Source of the DNA: Armatimonadota bacterium
GTDB lineage: Bacteria > Armatimonadota > UBA5829 > DTLH01
Assembly (NCBI GenBank): GCA_029551395.1
Contig: JAKPFN010000140.1
Span: 177-64,176 of the forward strand
Length of the DNA stretch: 64,000 bases
Direction: 5' to 3'
The translations under genes and the position numbers were made by a program. This document shows, piece after piece, positions 18,960-29,084 of the stretch. A model generated the notes under the pieces. The model ran no database searches. It was given only the letters and a program-made list of their open reading frames with translations, and was not told where the DNA came from. Within the stretch, counting starts at the first letter, position 1. Each line of letters opens with the position of its first letter.

Positions 18960-20954
18960 ATGCACGCAAGCAGAAACATTGCCATAGTCATATTCATTTT
19001 ATTCTCAGTGCTTTACATTGGAACCGCCTGCCCTACCGTCTACACGATGGATAACGGCGAGTTGATTGTTGCAGCTTATGGGCTGAAAATCGCTCATCCG
19101 ACAGGATATCCGTTGTTTTGCATCTTAGGCAAAATCGGCACGCTGCTCATCCCGTTCGGTTCGATAGCCTGGAGAGTAAACGCGCTAAACGCAATCATAG
19201 CCGCAGGAGCCGTCAGCATAGCTTTTCTGGCTCTTTCAGAGGTTGTTCGAAGGCGGTATGCGGTATTCTCTGCTGCGTTGTTCGGTGTTTCTCCGGTTTT
19301 CTGGGGCGCAGCTACGAGTGCCGAAGTCCATTCACTGAATGTGCTCCTTATTGCAACACAATTGCTCCTTGTGCTGCGTTGGAGAGCTTGTAGAGACAAT
19401 CGGCTGCTGATGTATCTGGCAGTAGTCTCGGGACTCGCGCTTACCAACCATCTGTCTTCGATTCTGATAATGCCGGGACTACTCTGGGGAATCCTGCAGT
19501 GCGACAAATCCATTCTCCGTAATCGTGCCATTGTGCTAAAGTCAGTCCTGCTGTTCCTGCTGCCGCTCTGCCTGTATCTTTATTTGCCTCTGAGGGCTGA
19601 AGCAAGCCGGGGAAGCATCTGGGGAGACCTTTACCAGAGTGTGGGCTTTATAGGTCACATCACCGGTCGGCAGTTCAGAAATTTGATGTTCCATTCAAGC
19701 TCAGAAGAGATCCGGCTGCAGATAATGTGGTTCCTCAAGCTTCTTGTGACGCAGTATCCGATCTACCTGATATGGGCAATAGGACTTGGAGCGATACTGA
19801 TCAAGCATCGTGGACTGATAGAAATGTTCGGGACGATGATCGCGCTCAACGTGGCTTACAACATAAACTATGCAATCATAGACATCGATGAATATTACCT
19901 TGCCACGTTCCTGGTAATGACATTCTTCGTAGCGGCAGCAGTAGAACACGTTGGAGAATCGGTTAAAACACCTGTCGGGCAGCGTGTTGCAGCAGCGGTC
20001 CTACCTGTAATAGTCATTGCAGCAGCCATAACCACTTTCCCCAGGGCTGATAAGCACGATGCTTATTACATAATGGACCATGCTCAGAATACGATGAAAA
20101 CACTCCCTCAAAACGCCCTCTACGTTGCCTGTGGGGATGCATCATTTAACGCAATGCTATATGAGAGAGTGGTAGAAGGAAAACGCCAGGATTTGATCTT
20201 CCTGCACCGCAATATCACTAAAATCTGGCCTAAAGATCATCCAACCTGGGCAGCGCAATATTATTATGAAAGTGCATCTACTGACAGCCCGGTTATGAGC
20301 TGGTACAGATGGCCGAACCACTACAGCAGAGACGAAATCAGGAGCGAAAGGTTCCTCAGAGACGTAATCGCAGAAGTCATCAAAGAGCGGCCTGTCTACA
20401 TAGGGTGTATCGGAAATGAATATGATGTCCACCCCATTGCCAAACTACTGGAAGAAGACTTCGTAATCATCCCTGAGGGAGTCACTTACCGTGTATATCC
20501 AAAATCCGAAAAACCAACTCCGCAGGAAGTAGTAAAGATAAACGAAAAACTGTGGAAGAGCTACGAACTCAGGGGAATCTATACACGTTCATTCCAGAGC
20601 AGGGTCGAGCGGGAGGTTCCTGATCTGTACGCTATGCTCTACCTTGCATACGGAGATTACGCTCTCAAATCCGGGCTGTATAAACCTGCTGAATATGCCT
20701 TCACCCAGGCATTGAGAATAGATCCCCATCCTAAAGCCAAAAACGGTCTTGCGGTCTCCCTGGCCTGCCAGCACAGGTATAAAGACGCAGAAAAGGTATG
20801 GCAGACCATCCTGGCGGAGAATCCCAAAGATAGGACCGCGCTGCGAGGGCTGGCAATGATCCAAAAAGAGCAGCCTCTAAAGGGAAATGGTAAGAAAACG
20901 CCAGATTCAACGGATTCAAACAGCAGCGCTAACGAGTCAGCCTCACCAATGTGA
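18960..20954 (+). CDS. DUF2723-type polytopic membrane protein (GT-C/PMT-like) with C-terminal TPR repeats
   Basis: It has many TM helices typical of DUF2723 and TPR repeats at the C-terminus. The start was moved to the ATG at 18960 (MHASRN). The track's TTG at 18885 lies inside the repeat. Confidence 0.7.
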   Translation: MHASRNIAIVIFILFSVLYIGTACPTVYTMDNGELIVAAYGLKIAHPTGYPLFCILGKIGTLLIPFGSIAWRVNALNAIIAAGAVSIAFLALSEVVRRRYAVFSAALFGVSPVFWGAATSAEVHSLNVLLIATQLLLVLRWRACRDNRLLMYLAVVSGLALTNHLSSILIMPGLLWGILQCDKSILRNRAIVLKSVLLFLLPLCLYLYLPLRAEASRGSIWGDLYQSVGFIGHITGRQFRNLMFHSSSEEIRLQIMWFLKLLVTQYPIYLIWAIGLGAILIKHRGLIEMFGTMIALNVAYNINYAIIDIDEYYLATFLVMTFFVAAAVEHVGESVKTPVGQRVAAAVLPVIVIAAAITTFPRADKHDAYYIMDHAQNTMKTLPQNALYVACGDASFNAMLYERVVEGKRQDLIFLHRNITKIWPKDHPTWAAQYYYESASTDSPVMSWYRWPNHYSRDEIRSERFLRDVIAEVIKERPVYIGCIGNEYDVHPIAKLLEEDFVIIPEGVTYRVYPKSEKPTPQEVVKINEKLWKSYELRGIYTRSFQSRVEREVPDLYAMLYLAYGDYALKSGLYKPAEYAFTQALRIDPHPKAKNGLAVSLACQHRYKDAEKVWQTILAENPKDRTALRGLAMIQKEQPLKGNGKKTPDSTDSNSSANESASPM

Positions 20955-21942
20955 CATCTGAGACCAGTTGGACGTTTGCGTTGCCGTCAAGCGCCCGTCT
21001 GGCCCAGACCAGTGCGTTTATCGCTGAGGAAATCCGCGCTGCATCGCCAGTAAACGCCATTAGTGTGTCTCTCAGGTCAAAGTTGATCAACTGAGCAGAT
21101 TCCCCGCGCACTGAAAGGTCCAACAGGTCTCGATACCACGTTACGAGGATATCCAGCACAGGCTTTACTACTGTCCGCAGCGGTGTATTTTTGTCTTTAA
21201 TCTCTTCAGCTATATTGAGCAGTTCTTCAGACAGCTTGAGCGCATATCTGACATCTGAAGAACAGATCTTTCCAGCCAGCTCGACTACTTTCTGCCGCCA
21301 CGGAGCGAAATTCTCGTTCTTTAGGATGGAAATAGCCTTCCCAGGACGGCCTTCCGAGTATGCAGCAAGGAATTCCGCCTGCTCAGGGCTTGCTCCAAAC
21401 CTTTCTACAAGCGCATTCTTAAGCGTCTCTGCTGCAGCGCTGTAGAACCTGATCTGATTGCAGCGCGACTTGATTGTAGGCAGAACCAGCGCCGGATTAC
21501 GAGAAAGAAGCACTATGACCATATAGTCAGGAGGCTCTTCCAGAGTCTTAAGGATGCAGTTGGAAGACGCTTCGTTCATAGTGTCAGCCTGCTCGATGAT
21601 AATAACCTTCCATTTGCCTCTTACAGGAACATACGATACAGCGCGGCGCATCTCACGCATCTGTTCGATCTTCGTCATAGTGCCATCAGGATAGATGATC
21701 TCAACGTCAGGATGCGCAAGCCCTTCCATCATCCTGCACTGCAGGCAGACTCCGCAGGAATCGCCGTTCTCCTGCCTATCTTCGCAGTTTAGGGCAGCAG
21801 CAAACGCAAGCGCGGTAGTGAGCTTGCCGGTTCCTTCAGGACCAGTGAACAGATAGGCGTGCATTACCCTTTCCTCCAAAACAGCCTTTTGGAGTATGGA
21901 AGCAGCCAGTTCCTGACCTATCAGTTCCTCAAACCGAATCAA
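20929..21942 (-). CDS. holB: DNA polymerase III subunit delta'
   Basis: It carries the AAA+ motif FTGPEGTGKLTTA and a zinc module CEDRQENGDSCGVCLQC. Confidence 0.85.
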   Translation of the reverse strand: MIRFEELIGQELAASILQKAVLEERVMHAYLFTGPEGTGKLTTALAFAAALNCEDRQENGDSCGVCLQCRMMEGLAHPDVEIIYPDGTMTKIEQMREMRRAVSYVPVRGKWKVIIIEQADTMNEASSNCILKTLEEPPDYMVIVLLSRNPALVLPTIKSRCNQIRFYSAAAETLKNALVERFGASPEQAEFLAAYSEGRPGKAISILKNENFAPWRQKVVELAGKICSSDVRYALKLSEELLNIAEEIKDKNTPLRTVVKPVLDILVTWYRDLLDLSVRGESAQLINFDLRDTLMAFTGDAARISSAINALVWARRALDGNANVQLVSDVTLVRLTR

Positions 21943-22268
21943 AGCCGCTCGAATCTCTCGACATTCACAACAAAGATAATCGCACCGCCAACCGATACCT
22001 TTACAGGATTCGGTATGAACGTTCCTGCAGGCATTACATCAGGAGGCGGAAGGCTGACATACTGCTCACGAGTCTTACATGAATCCTGAACAAGCCCGAT
22101 TACGGTATCGACATCCTCATCATCTACGCCAATAAGCATCGTAGCGTTCCCATCTCTCAGAAAACCGCCGGTAGACGATATCTTGGTGAATTTGTACCCT
22201 GCCGTAAGCAGCGTATCGGAAACCTTGGGTTGGTCACGTTCGTGGATGATAGTGATTAGCAGTTTCAT
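21939..22268 (-). CDS. darA: PII-like cyclic-di-AMP receptor DarA/PstA (DUF970, YaaQ-like)
   Basis: The segment MKLLITIIHERDQPKVSDTLLTAGYKFTKISSTGGFLRDGNATMLIGVDDEDVDTVIGLV is collinear with B. subtilis YaaQ. The SD sequence AAGGAGGG lies 8 nt upstream. The track start at 22412 is an over-extension. Confidence 0.7.
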   Translation of the reverse strand: MKLLITIIHERDQPKVSDTLLTAGYKFTKISSTGGFLRDGNATMLIGVDDEDVDTVIGLVQDSCKTREQYVSLPPPDVMPAGTFIPNPVKVSVGGAIIFVVNVERFERL

Positions 22269-22739
22269 ATTGTTATGTCCCTCCTTTTCAATCATTGCAT
22301 CACTGCCGGAGATGCACATACATACACATAAGCCAGTTGGTCTATTGTATGGCATCATGCCGGGAACGCGCAAGAAGGAATATGCGTAATAATATGCGCA
22401 GATATGTGTCAATTTGGTGAAATCAAGGTTACTATATACCAGCAGGGGATTTGCTATGATGAACTTGACTCATCATACCGAACTCAAATACATCATGCTG
22501 AGCTTACTTCGGCATCTTTCAGCCATTCTTCCGGGCTAAATTGCAAATTCAGCCCGAGAATAGAGAGTTCAGGATGACGACCAGGCATCTTAGAGTAGCG
22601 CTTATATGCATGGCATATAGGGCAAAATGGCTGTTTTGGTGAAAAGTAAACCACCAGTATCTGCCGTAGAGCCGATCTGCTTTGGGTATAAATAGTATTA
22701 CCATCTCGAATCACAAAACAATATCAGGATTGATCTACT

Positions 22740-25271
22740 GTGGCTAAATCAACGGATATTACAGATATTGAGCGCGAATCCATAGAATTTTCTCGCAGAC
22801 ATTACGAAGCTATAACTGTTGGACTTGTTATTCAAAACAAGAAAAGTGCCATCATCTACGCAAATAATGTTGCAAGTGAGATACTGGACGTACCTAAAGA
22901 TGAGCTAATAGGCCGAACTTCTGCTGATTCCAGGTGGCAGGCAATAAAAGAAGATGGAACACCATTTCCACTAGAAGACTATCCCGCAATGGTCACACTA
23001 CGCACAGGCAAACCTGTCAAGAATGTGGTAATGGGCATATCTACATCAGATGGCAAACAGAGGTGGATACTTGTTAGTTCAGAACCTGTCATAGACCCAT
23101 CCACAGGCAAAATGCAGGAAGTCATGTCCACATTTGTCGATATTACAGAACAGAAATGGCTTGTGGAAGAACTGAGCCAGCGAACCTGCGAACTCGAGGC
23201 AATCTTCCATGGTTTCCCTGACATTTACTTCTGGGTTGATGCTGAAGGTATTATTCTGGACTACCATGTTGCACGAGCTGAAGACTTGTTCATTCCTCCG
23301 GAGGAGTTTCTAGGCCGTAAAATGCCGGACATTCTCCCCAAAGATGCAGCCAGAAAAATAAGAGACGGCATATCTCGCGTATCCGCTACAAAAGAACTGG
23401 TATCCACTACTTACAGTTTGCCAATGCTGGACGGTGAAAGAATTTATGAAACCAGGCTGGCTCCTCTGCCTGACGGCCATATTCTTATGATAATCCGGGA
23501 TATAACGGTTCCAGAACGGGCACAGGAAGCACTCAAGGAAGCGGAAGAAAAGTATAGAAGCCTGGTAGAAGAGTCGCTAATTGGAGTCTACATAATACAG
23601 AATAGATCATTCATTTATGTAAATCCCCGGTTTACAGAGATATTTGGCTTTCAAAGTCCTGACGAGATTATAGGTAAAGTCAAAGTAATGGACTTGGTAG
23701 CTCCTGAAGACAGACAAATAGTAGAAAAGAACCTGCGCAGCCTCGATGGTGTGCTAAACACGGTGCGTTATACATTCAAAGCTCTTCGCAAGGATGGGAG
23801 AATCATTGATGTTGAGGTTCATGGAACCAAGACTGCCTACAATGGTAAACCTGCAATCATTGGTTCACTACTGGATATAACAGACCGCAAGAAAGCCGAA
23901 GAAGCACTTAAAGAAAGGCAGTACCTGCTTAGACAGGTGCTTGATGCCAACCCTAACATTATCTTCGTAGTTGACCGGAACAGCCGAATAATACTGGCTA
24001 ACCAGTCGCTGGCCGAATTTTACAAGACTACTGTTAAAGATCTGGAAGGAAAGTCTCAGATTGACTACCATCTTGCAGCAGGGATGAATCGAGACGAAAT
24101 TGAACAATGGATTGCCGACAACAGAGAGGTTATTGATTCAGGCAGGCTCAAGTTGGTAATCGAAAAGTCAACCCAGCGAGATGGCAGCATCCACTATTAC
24201 CGCACAAAGAAACTCCCGATAACTCTGGCAGACGGGACAAAATGCGCTCTTGTCATATCTGAAGATATTACTGAGCGAACACGCGTACAGGAAGCCCTGG
24301 CACGAAGCGAGGAAAAATATCGCAGCCTGGTTGAGAGTACTAACAATTGGGTTTGGGAGACAGATGAGAACGGTGTCTATACTTACTCCAGCCCCAGAAG
24401 CCGTGACCTGCTGGGTTATGAACCGGAAGAAATAGTCGGAAAAACTTATCTAGCTTTCATGCCTCCTAAGGAAGCGCTCCGGGTTGCGGAAATATTTGGA
24501 CGCATTATGTCCAAACAAGAACCTTTTGAGCTGCTGGAAAATGAGTTGGTGCATAAATCTGGCCGCAGAATTATTGTTGAGACCAGCGGAGTGCCTATTT
24601 TTGATAGTGCCGGTGTATTTAAGGGATACAGAGGAACGGACAGAGATGTTACTGAGCGTAAACGGGTTGAAGAAGAGGTCAAAAAACAACGAGAAAGAGA
24701 AAAACATATAAATGAGGAAGCAGAGAAAGCAAAAAAACGCTTCTACCAGGTTACCATCGCTTCAGTGACCGATGGCAAGCTCAACCTTACCAATTACGAA
24801 GAGATAGATATGCTCATAACATCAAGTGCTCAGATGCTTTTGTTGTCTTCTTCAAGCGACCTGACTATGCTCAGGCACACAGTAAGCGAGTACTGCAGCA
24901 ATGCTGGTATGTCTGAAGAAAGAACAGATGCGCTAATCTCTGCAGTTGGTGAGGCTGCTGCAAATGCAGTCAAACATGCGAACGGCGGTATGGCGCGGAT
25001 AGGACTCAAAGATAATCGGATACAAGTGTGTATCCAGGATGGCGGCCCTGGTATGGATGCCCTCACACTATCAAAAGCAACGCTGCTGAAAGGTTTTTCC
25101 ACTAAACCATCTATGGGTTTGGGATACTCCATTATTCTTGCTTCAGTCGATACGGTTTATCTGGCTACCGAAAGTAAAGGCACTTGGGTTCTTATGGAGA
25201 AAGAAATCCATGAAACTGCTCCAGAAGCAAGTATTGATATACTTCTTGGGAGTATGCCGGATAACTGGTAG
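22740..25271 (+). CDS. Multi-PAS (about 5 PAS) sensor fused to RsbW/SpoIIAB-type GHKL serine-kinase ATPase domain; no HisKA/DHp seen
   Basis: It has repeated PAS cores. The C-terminus reads GEAAANAVKHANGG...DGGPGMD...GLGYSIILASVDTVYL, which is the anti-sigma-factor kinase type. Confidence 0.75.
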   Translation: MAKSTDITDIERESIEFSRRHYEAITVGLVIQNKKSAIIYANNVASEILDVPKDELIGRTSADSRWQAIKEDGTPFPLEDYPAMVTLRTGKPVKNVVMGISTSDGKQRWILVSSEPVIDPSTGKMQEVMSTFVDITEQKWLVEELSQRTCELEAIFHGFPDIYFWVDAEGIILDYHVARAEDLFIPPEEFLGRKMPDILPKDAARKIRDGISRVSATKELVSTTYSLPMLDGERIYETRLAPLPDGHILMIIRDITVPERAQEALKEAEEKYRSLVEESLIGVYIIQNRSFIYVNPRFTEIFGFQSPDEIIGKVKVMDLVAPEDRQIVEKNLRSLDGVLNTVRYTFKALRKDGRIIDVEVHGTKTAYNGKPAIIGSLLDITDRKKAEEALKERQYLLRQVLDANPNIIFVVDRNSRIILANQSLAEFYKTTVKDLEGKSQIDYHLAAGMNRDEIEQWIADNREVIDSGRLKLVIEKSTQRDGSIHYYRTKKLPITLADGTKCALVISEDITERTRVQEALARSEEKYRSLVESTNNWVWETDENGVYTYSSPRSRDLLGYEPEEIVGKTYLAFMPPKEALRVAEIFGRIMSKQEPFELLENELVHKSGRRIIVETSGVPIFDSAGVFKGYRGTDRDVTERKRVEEEVKKQREREKHINEEAEKAKKRFYQVTIASVTDGKLNLTNYEEIDMLITSSAQMLLLSSSSDLTMLRHTVSEYCSNAGMSEERTDALISAVGEAAANAVKHANGGMARIGLKDNRIQVCIQDGGPGMDALTLSKATLLKGFSTKPSMGLGYSIILASVDTVYLATESKGTWVLMEKEIHETAPEASIDILLGSMPDNW

Positions 25272-25295
25272 AGACAGAATCTATCTATACTACCC

Positions 25296-25826
25296 TCGGG
25301 CTAAATTTGCCTACCCTCGGGCTAAATTTGCAATTTAGCCCGGAAGAGCAAAAGAGGGATTTGCAATCCCGTTCCTTGGTATTTTAGATAATCATCCGGG
25401 ATCACAGATTCCTCAGCAATATATCCGGGAGGGATTGCAAATCCCTCCCGAGAGTATCCCTCCCGAGAGACGGCAAATTCCTCCCGAGAGATGATAATCA
25501 GGCTTCAGCATGCTGGGTTTTTGGCTGATTATCTACCAGTCCTGCTTTTCCGCATATTTACACTCGGGCTAAATTTGCAATTTAGCCCGAAAAAATAACA
25601 GAGGGATTTGCAATCCAGGTCTTTGGTGTTTCAGACCATAATCCGGGATCACAGATCCCTCAGCAATATATCCGGGAGGGATTGCAAATCCCTCCCGAGA
25701 GTGTCCCTCCCGAGAGTGTCCCTCCCGAGAGATGGAATTCCTCCGGAGAGATAATAATCAGGCTTCGGCAGGCTGGGTTTTTGGCTGATTATCTACCAGT
25801 CCTGCTTTTCCGCATATTTCACGCAC
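25296..25826. repeat. Tandem duplication of a ~265-bp unit (A 25296-25560, B 25561-25826) carrying family B palindromes, a 15-bp microsatellite and a copy of the dxs 3' end
   Basis: Both units contain ctcgggctaaatttgcaatttagcccg, gggatttgcaatcc and gggagggattgcaaatccctccc. They also contain 2-4 copies of t[ag]tccctcccgagag and ataatcaggcttc[ag]gca[tg]gctgggtttttggctgattatctaccagtcctgcttttccgcatattt. Confidence 0.75.
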
Positions 25827-27686
25827 AGACTGAACAATCCCCTCTGCTGACAGCCCAAGTGATTGTAAAATCGACTCTGGAGTTGCATGCTCTATGAACC
25901 TGTCCGGCAGCCCCATAAGCTTTACCGGGACGTTTATGCATTCGGAAGCAAACAGTTCAAGCACCGCAGAACCTAATCCGCCAAGTTTAGTGTTCTCTTC
26001 AACAACAACCAGATGTCCGCACTGTTTTACAGCCTTGAGGATTGCCTTCTCATCGAGCGGTTTTACGAAACGAGCATCTATCACTTGAACACTGATGCCT
26101 TCTTCAGCAAGAATATCAGCAGCTTTAAGAGCGCTGTAAACCACCGGACCCACTGCAAGGATACAGGCATCATTTCCAGAACGAAGCTGTTCCGACTGTC
26201 CTATTGTCAACAGGCTGGGAGACTTGTGTTCATAAGCAGTCGGGCCGCCGCCGCGAGGATAACGGATTGCAATCGGGCCATCATGTGTAAGCGCAGTCAG
26301 CAGCATGTCCCTGAGTTGGTTCGTATCCCTCGGAGCCATCAGCGTCATACCTGGGATATGCCGCAGGTAAGAAAGGTCAAACGCGCCATGATGAGTAGGG
26401 CCATCTTCTCCAACAATCCCTGCCCGGTCCAGAACAAATACTACAGGAAGGTTCTGAAGGCATACGTCATGGATGATCTGATCGTATGCTCTTTGTAAGA
26501 ATGTTGAATATATAGCCACAACCGGCCTTATACCGCCTGCGGCAAGCCCTGCAGCGAACGTTACGGCGTGTTCCTCAGCTATTCCGACATCAAAATACCT
26601 GTCCGGGAATCGTTTTGAGAACGCAGCAAGCCCTGTGCCATCAGGCATCGCAGCTGTTATGGCAGTAATTCGGGGATCTTTCTCTGCAAGCTCGATTAAA
26701 GTCTCTTCGAACGCATCTTTAAAACTGGAAAAGCCGTTGGTCTTTTCAATCTTTCCATCAGCAACTGTAAAACCGGAAATTCCGTGGAATTTTCGAGAAT
26801 TGGCCTCTGCGTGTTCATAACCTTTGCCCTTTATAGTCTGCACATGTATCAGCACAGGCCCGCGTATCTTTTTCGCGTTCTCAAAGACCTCCATAAGCAG
26901 CGTGATGTTATGTCCGTCTATCGGGCCGAGGTATCTGAAGCCCAGTTCTTCGAATATAATACCATTTTTTGCGCCGATAAGGTGTGTAACGCCGTGGCTC
27001 AAACCTTCTGCAGTGCGTGCAAGCCGTTTTCCAATGGAAGACCGTTCCAGGGTATTCTTTGCCCTGTTTTCAATGCTCTGGTAGAGCGGGTCCATCCTGA
27101 GTTTGGCAAGGTGGTAAGAAAGCGCGGTAACGTTTTCCGCGATAGACATCTCATTGTCATTCAAGACAATGATTACATCCGTATCCAGATCTTGAGCATT
27201 GTTCATGCCTTCGAGCGCAAGCCCACCGGTAAGCGCACCATCACCGATGACTGCGATGACCTCTTCACTGCCGCCTCTGAGATCCCTTGCTTTGGCAAGT
27301 CCAAGCGCAGCAGAGATAGATGTGCTGGCATGTCCAGCGCCGAACGGGTCATGTTCAGACTCATCACGCCTGACAAAACCGCTCAACCCACCTTCCTGCC
27401 TTAGGGTAAAAAACCTTTCCCTGCGTCCGGTAAGAAGCTTGTGCGGATACGCTTGATGGCTCACATCCCAGAGGATTTTGTCTCTTGGGGAATCAAACAC
27501 GGTATGCAGAGCAATAGTCAGCTCAACAACTCCGAGATTAGACGCAAGGTGGCCACCAGTTCGGGAGACGGTCTGGATTATCTCATCTCGCATCTCCTCG
27601 GCCAGTTTCACAAGATCACTCTGGCTAAGACCTTTCAGGTCTTCAGGCGAGTTTATTCGGTCAAGTATTCGGTCTGTATCAGGCAT
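25758..27686 (-). CDS. dxs: 1-deoxy-D-xylulose-5-phosphate synthase
   Basis: It shows full-length DXS similarity, including GHLASNLGVVELTIALH and the TPP motif GDGALTGG. The last 17 codons lie in repeat unit B. Confidence 0.95.
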   Translation of the reverse strand: MPDTDRILDRINSPEDLKGLSQSDLVKLAEEMRDEIIQTVSRTGGHLASNLGVVELTIALHTVFDSPRDKILWDVSHQAYPHKLLTGRRERFFTLRQEGGLSGFVRRDESEHDPFGAGHASTSISAALGLAKARDLRGGSEEVIAVIGDGALTGGLALEGMNNAQDLDTDVIIVLNDNEMSIAENVTALSYHLAKLRMDPLYQSIENRAKNTLERSSIGKRLARTAEGLSHGVTHLIGAKNGIIFEELGFRYLGPIDGHNITLLMEVFENAKKIRGPVLIHVQTIKGKGYEHAEANSRKFHGISGFTVADGKIEKTNGFSSFKDAFEETLIELAEKDPRITAITAAMPDGTGLAAFSKRFPDRYFDVGIAEEHAVTFAAGLAAGGIRPVVAIYSTFLQRAYDQIIHDVCLQNLPVVFVLDRAGIVGEDGPTHHGAFDLSYLRHIPGMTLMAPRDTNQLRDMLLTALTHDGPIAIRYPRGGGPTAYEHKSPSLLTIGQSEQLRSGNDACILAVGPVVYSALKAADILAEEGISVQVIDARFVKPLDEKAILKAVKQCGHLVVVEENTKLGGLGSAVLELFASECINVPVKLMGLPDRFIEHATPESILQSLGLSAEGIVQSVREICGKAGLVDNQPKTQPAEA

Positions 27687-27844
27687 AATTTTCTCGATTA
27701 TATTTCCAACCTATTGTAGCCCGAGACAGGCTGCCGGTCAAGCAAGCAAAAATACAATATTGCTACTAAATACAGGGTTTCAGGTACAGGAGTATGCGGT
27801 AACATAGCCGAAATCTAACCATGCCGGCAAGCGGGAGGTTAGCA

Positions 27845-28831
27845 ATGAGGTTGTTCATGATGGCGGCTGTCATTATAATCTCGGCCGCATCCCTTGCACC
27901 GGCAGCTACCGAGCGGGCCGCAATGATGCGTATGCTCGGTGATATGGAGTTTTTAAACCTGTTCGCCGGACAGGAACGAGTATCCACAATGTGTATCGGG
28001 CGCTCGGTTCTTGGACAAAATATACCGCTGGTGATTATCAGAAATCCTGACGTACCAGTAGAATCTACATCGAGAATCTTCATCATCTGCAGGCAGCACG
28101 GCAATGAACCTGCATCAACCGAGGCAATGCTGCAATTGATTCGTTACTTCTTCTCAAATCCCAAGTCCTCAGATGTTGATCTGCTGAGACAGGTAACGTT
28201 CATTATCGTGCCAATGATGAATCCCGATGGAGCAATGAGGCATAAACGCCGTAACGCCAACAATGCAGACCTGAACCGAGACTGGATTAACCAGAAACAG
28301 CCTGAAACAAGGGCTGTTACCAAAGCGATAAAGCAGTGGCGGCCTCATCTCATCATTGACTCACATGAACTCGATGAGGACAATGTTCAGGGAGACTTCA
28401 TAGAATGTCTGGGCAGGAAATCAGGAGTTGATCCGGGAATTGCTGCACATACAGCCGAAATCCGAAGCCTGTTGATATCCAAATTGAGGACTGAAGGGTT
28501 TATAGTAAGGAACTGCACAGTGTCCGATAACCGGTCTCCAAGGCTTGCCCACAGGTATTTTCCGTTGACTTATGGCATACCGACACTGCTTATCGAAAGC
28601 CGCCAGTCCGGCAGGAGGTTTGGCTCACTTGATGAGCGTGCCAGAATGCACCTGGTAACTGCAATGACGGCTGCACGCTGTCTTGCAGGCCAGAGCGAGA
28701 TCGTGAAACAGGAAGTGGCCGATTGGTGGAAGCATAGAACTGCCGCTCCACTTGCATCCAGAGGTGGGCATAACCGCACTAACACTAATAACAACGGCCA
28801 GCCAACTTCAGAGACAAAACCATCAAGATGA
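27845..28831 (+). CDS. M14 family zinc carboxypeptidase-like protein, secreted
   Basis: The motifs HGNEPAS, NPDG, NRDW and DSHE are present. The start was set at ATG 27845, which has the SD sequence GGGAGG. Confidence 0.7.
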   Translation: MRLFMMAAVIIISAASLAPAATERAAMMRMLGDMEFLNLFAGQERVSTMCIGRSVLGQNIPLVIIRNPDVPVESTSRIFIICRQHGNEPASTEAMLQLIRYFFSNPKSSDVDLLRQVTFIIVPMMNPDGAMRHKRRNANNADLNRDWINQKQPETRAVTKAIKQWRPHLIIDSHELDEDNVQGDFIECLGRKSGVDPGIAAHTAEIRSLLISKLRTEGFIVRNCTVSDNRSPRLAHRYFPLTYGIPTLLIESRQSGRRFGSLDERARMHLVTAMTAARCLAGQSEIVKQEVADWWKHRTAAPLASRGGHNRTNTNNNGQPTSETKPSR

Positions 28832-29084
28832 TAGAATTTTAATGTATAGCTTGCGAACTAATCAGCTTATTGAAGTGTCTAACTAGCAAACATCTACCGG
28901 GAATACGGGATGAGGACATCCAATCTCGTGTTCTCGACAACTCTCGCCTACATCCTGCCTTCTCTAATCTTCTCCTACCTCGCAGTACCGCCTCATTTCT
29001 CCATTTAGCCGGATGGTGTTGGTGACTCACACCATCCGGTTGCACAATTCAGGGAATAATCGGGAAGTAGTTCGCTTACAATCG

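Noticed and set aside
25290-25830. Possible CRISPR array suggested by the regularly repeated palindromes
   Set aside because: The repeats are two copies of a large composite unit plus a 15-bp microsatellite. There are no unique spacers of uniform length and no cas genes.
25682-25897. Plus-strand ORF MQIPPESVPPESVPPE…
   Set aside because: It is a translation of the tandem repeat and the antisense of the dxs 3' end. The repetitive peptide is an artefact.
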